Source: an uncultured Gammaproteobacteria bacterium (GTDB taxonomy: Bacteria; Pseudomonadota; Gammaproteobacteria; Steroidobacterales; Rariloculaceae). Taken from it: a stretch of DNA of 64,000 nt. The stretch's first letter is position 1, and each line of letters opens with the position of its first letter. The position numbers and the translations under genes were made by a program. Below are positions 62,570-64,000 of the stretch, piece by piece. The notes below the pieces were generated by a model. That model worked only from the letters and a program-made list of their open reading frames with translations, was not told where the DNA came from and made no database searches. The stretch is taken from assembly GCA_964276105.1 (NCBI GenBank), contig CAXYEE010000026.1:247-64246 (forward strand). The letters are read 5' to 3'.

Positions 62570-63589
62570 ATGTTCAAGCCGTTCCATATTCTGGTAGTTA
62601 TTTCCTGCTATTTTTTTGCTTGTTCTGCGTGGGCGCAAGGTGGTTCTGATTACTATTCTGGACGTACTGTAACTATATTGGTTGGCTCTGGTTCTGGTGG
62701 TCTAACAGATACATCGGCACGGTTAATAGCACAATTTCTTGAAAAACATATCCCTGGTGAGCCAACAGTAATAGTCCAAAATATGCCTGGTGGTGGAAGC
62801 GTCACGATGGCAAATCATGTAACTAGATCGGTTCCTCGAGACGGAACGGTGATTGGTTATCCTGTTCCTGGAATGATTACTGCAGAGCTTCTCGAACCAG
62901 ATCGGGCGAAATATGAAGGCCGCACGTTAAACTGGATAGGTTCAGCGTTTCGAACTACTAATACCATTTCCGTGCTTAGCAGAACGGGTGTGAAAAGCTT
63001 GGAGGATGCCAGGCAGAAACCTCTGTTTCTAGGGGCTTCTGGTAGAGGATCGCCTTTATATCAAATTCCAGCTCTAGCAAAGGGACTTCTTGGGTTGAAT
63101 TTTACGATTATCACTGGTTATGAAAGCGGTAGCGAGGTTGTTTTGGCAATGGAACGTGGCGAAGTTGATGGTCAGGCAATAGCATTAGATTTCTGGGCAG
63201 GACAGCGTCCGGAGTGGCTTTTAAATGATTCCCTGATACATCTCTTGAGAATTGGCCCACTTGATCCTGATAGAGCCCCTGGCGTACCCCACTTACGTGA
63301 CCTTGTCAGCGGAGATCGGGATAAAGCTCTGGTAGAGCTTTTCGAGATTGGGTTCACACTAGGATGGCCTCTTTTTGCGCCTCCCGGTGTACCTAATGAA
63401 AGAGTGATTATTTTGCGTGAAGCTTTTTCTAAGGTAGTAAAAGATCCGGATTTTTCTGAGATTATTGAGACAACCCTTCATATAGAGCTAGACCCTATAA
63501 TGGGTCCAGAGTTGGCTAACTATGTAGATCAGGCGCTAAGCACTCCTCAACCGTTAGTTGATGAAATGATTAAAATATTAGGGTTGTAA
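62570..63589 (+). CDS. Periplasmic solute-binding protein, Bug/TctC (tripartite tricarboxylate transporter receptor)-like
   Basis: The track ORF starts at GTG 62561, with an ATG at 62570. Signal-like N-terminus (MFKPFHILVVISCYFFACSAWA|QG). TILVGSGSGGLTDTSARLIAQFLEKHIPGEPTVIVQNMPGGGSV resembles the Bug/TctC N-terminal signature. No tctA or tctB lies next to it in this window. Confidence 0.5.
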   Translation: MFKPFHILVVISCYFFACSAWAQGGSDYYSGRTVTILVGSGSGGLTDTSARLIAQFLEKHIPGEPTVIVQNMPGGGSVTMANHVTRSVPRDGTVIGYPVPGMITAELLEPDRAKYEGRTLNWIGSAFRTTNTISVLSRTGVKSLEDARQKPLFLGASGRGSPLYQIPALAKGLLGLNFTIITGYESGSEVVLAMERGEVDGQAIALDFWAGQRPEWLLNDSLIHLLRIGPLDPDRAPGVPHLRDLVSGDRDKALVELFEIGFTLGWPLFAPPGVPNERVIILREAFSKVVKDPDFSEIIETTLHIELDPIMGPELANYVDQALSTPQPLVDEMIKILGL

Positions 63590-63595
63590 GTAGAA

Positions 63596-64000
63596 TTAAG
63601 CGCTGAGTCTATCGTTAACAATTGCTTCAAAACGACTATCTGGGGATAAGAGATCCCGAGCTACCATCCAGTCATAAATACGTTCATATTCTTCTGGTGT
63701 ATAAGGCCGTGGATAGACATAACGAAATCTGCCTAAATAAAAATCCTCTTCAGAAATACCTATAACATCTGATGGCACTTCCTCGATCATATATTTCAGA
63801 TAAGGCTCTATACTTTGATTGATTTTATCGACAGCACTATGAATAGCACGGTCGACGCTGGCATAGCCTTTAGGGTCTAAACTTGGGACACCAACCTCTG
63901 CGCCCTCATAGAATGCCTCGCAAATGATCTTATGGCCACGTTTTACGGCAACTGTTATCCATGGCTCCATAAGTGCAGCAGCACCAATTTTCCCGTCTTC
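63596..64000 (-). CDS. Hypothetical protein, N-terminus beyond right window edge (possibly the C-terminal part of an NMT1/SsuA-like solute-binding protein)
   Basis: The frame stays open upstream of the listed Met (63970) to the window edge (...EDGKIGAAAL-MEPWITVAVKRGHKII...). The functional guess rests only on weak pattern resemblance. Confidence 0.45.
   Translation of the reverse strand, partial: EDGKIGAAALMEPWITVAVKRGHKIICEAFYEGAEVGVPSLDPKGYASVDRAIHSAVDKINQSIEPYLKYMIEEVPSDVIGISEEDFYLGRFRYVYPRPYTPEEYERIYDWMVARDLLSPDSRFEAIVNDRLSA

Overview
This window is 64 kb of chromosomal DNA. Synteny and protein similarity suggest a moderately AT-rich, marine-type gammaproteobacterium, but that is inference only.

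Backbone (about 16.5-54.7 kb): a conserved housekeeping block.
- ssrA (tmRNA)-smpB, an SNF-family transporter, ratA-rnfH, bamE, fur, recN-nadK
- hrcA-grpE-dnaK-dnaJ, dapB, carAB, greA, yhbY
- rlmE-ftsH-glmM-tpiA-secG-tRNA-Leu(GAG)
- a 14-gene nuoA-N complex I operon with separate nuoC and nuoD
- an initiator-type tRNA-Met

Flanks (1-16.5 kb and 54.7-64 kb): accessory. The most striking content is a recurring set of exported proteins with no described function.
- A ~110-aa domain occurs four times. Its predicted mature N-terminus is His-His, and from memory it resembles DUF6152.
- In three of the four loci this domain is adjacent to, closely linked with, or fused to a second uncharacterised domain family. 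That family has five copies and the signature GxSxGxW[ED][GN]x[TS][LF][VI].
- Redox- or metal-type partners sit alongside: a beta-propeller protein with a CxxCH haem motif, a tandem VOC/glyoxalase fusion, an NHL beta-propeller, an orphan TctC/Bug-like binding protein, and amidohydrolases.
- One locus holds a near-identical ~800-bp tandem duplication with mosaic divergence.

Three single-base frameshifts, two in nuoG and one in an amidohydrolase, all sit in short homopolymers. They look more like sequence errors than gene decay. I saw no CRISPR array, transposase, integrase, phage gene or recognisable defence gene.
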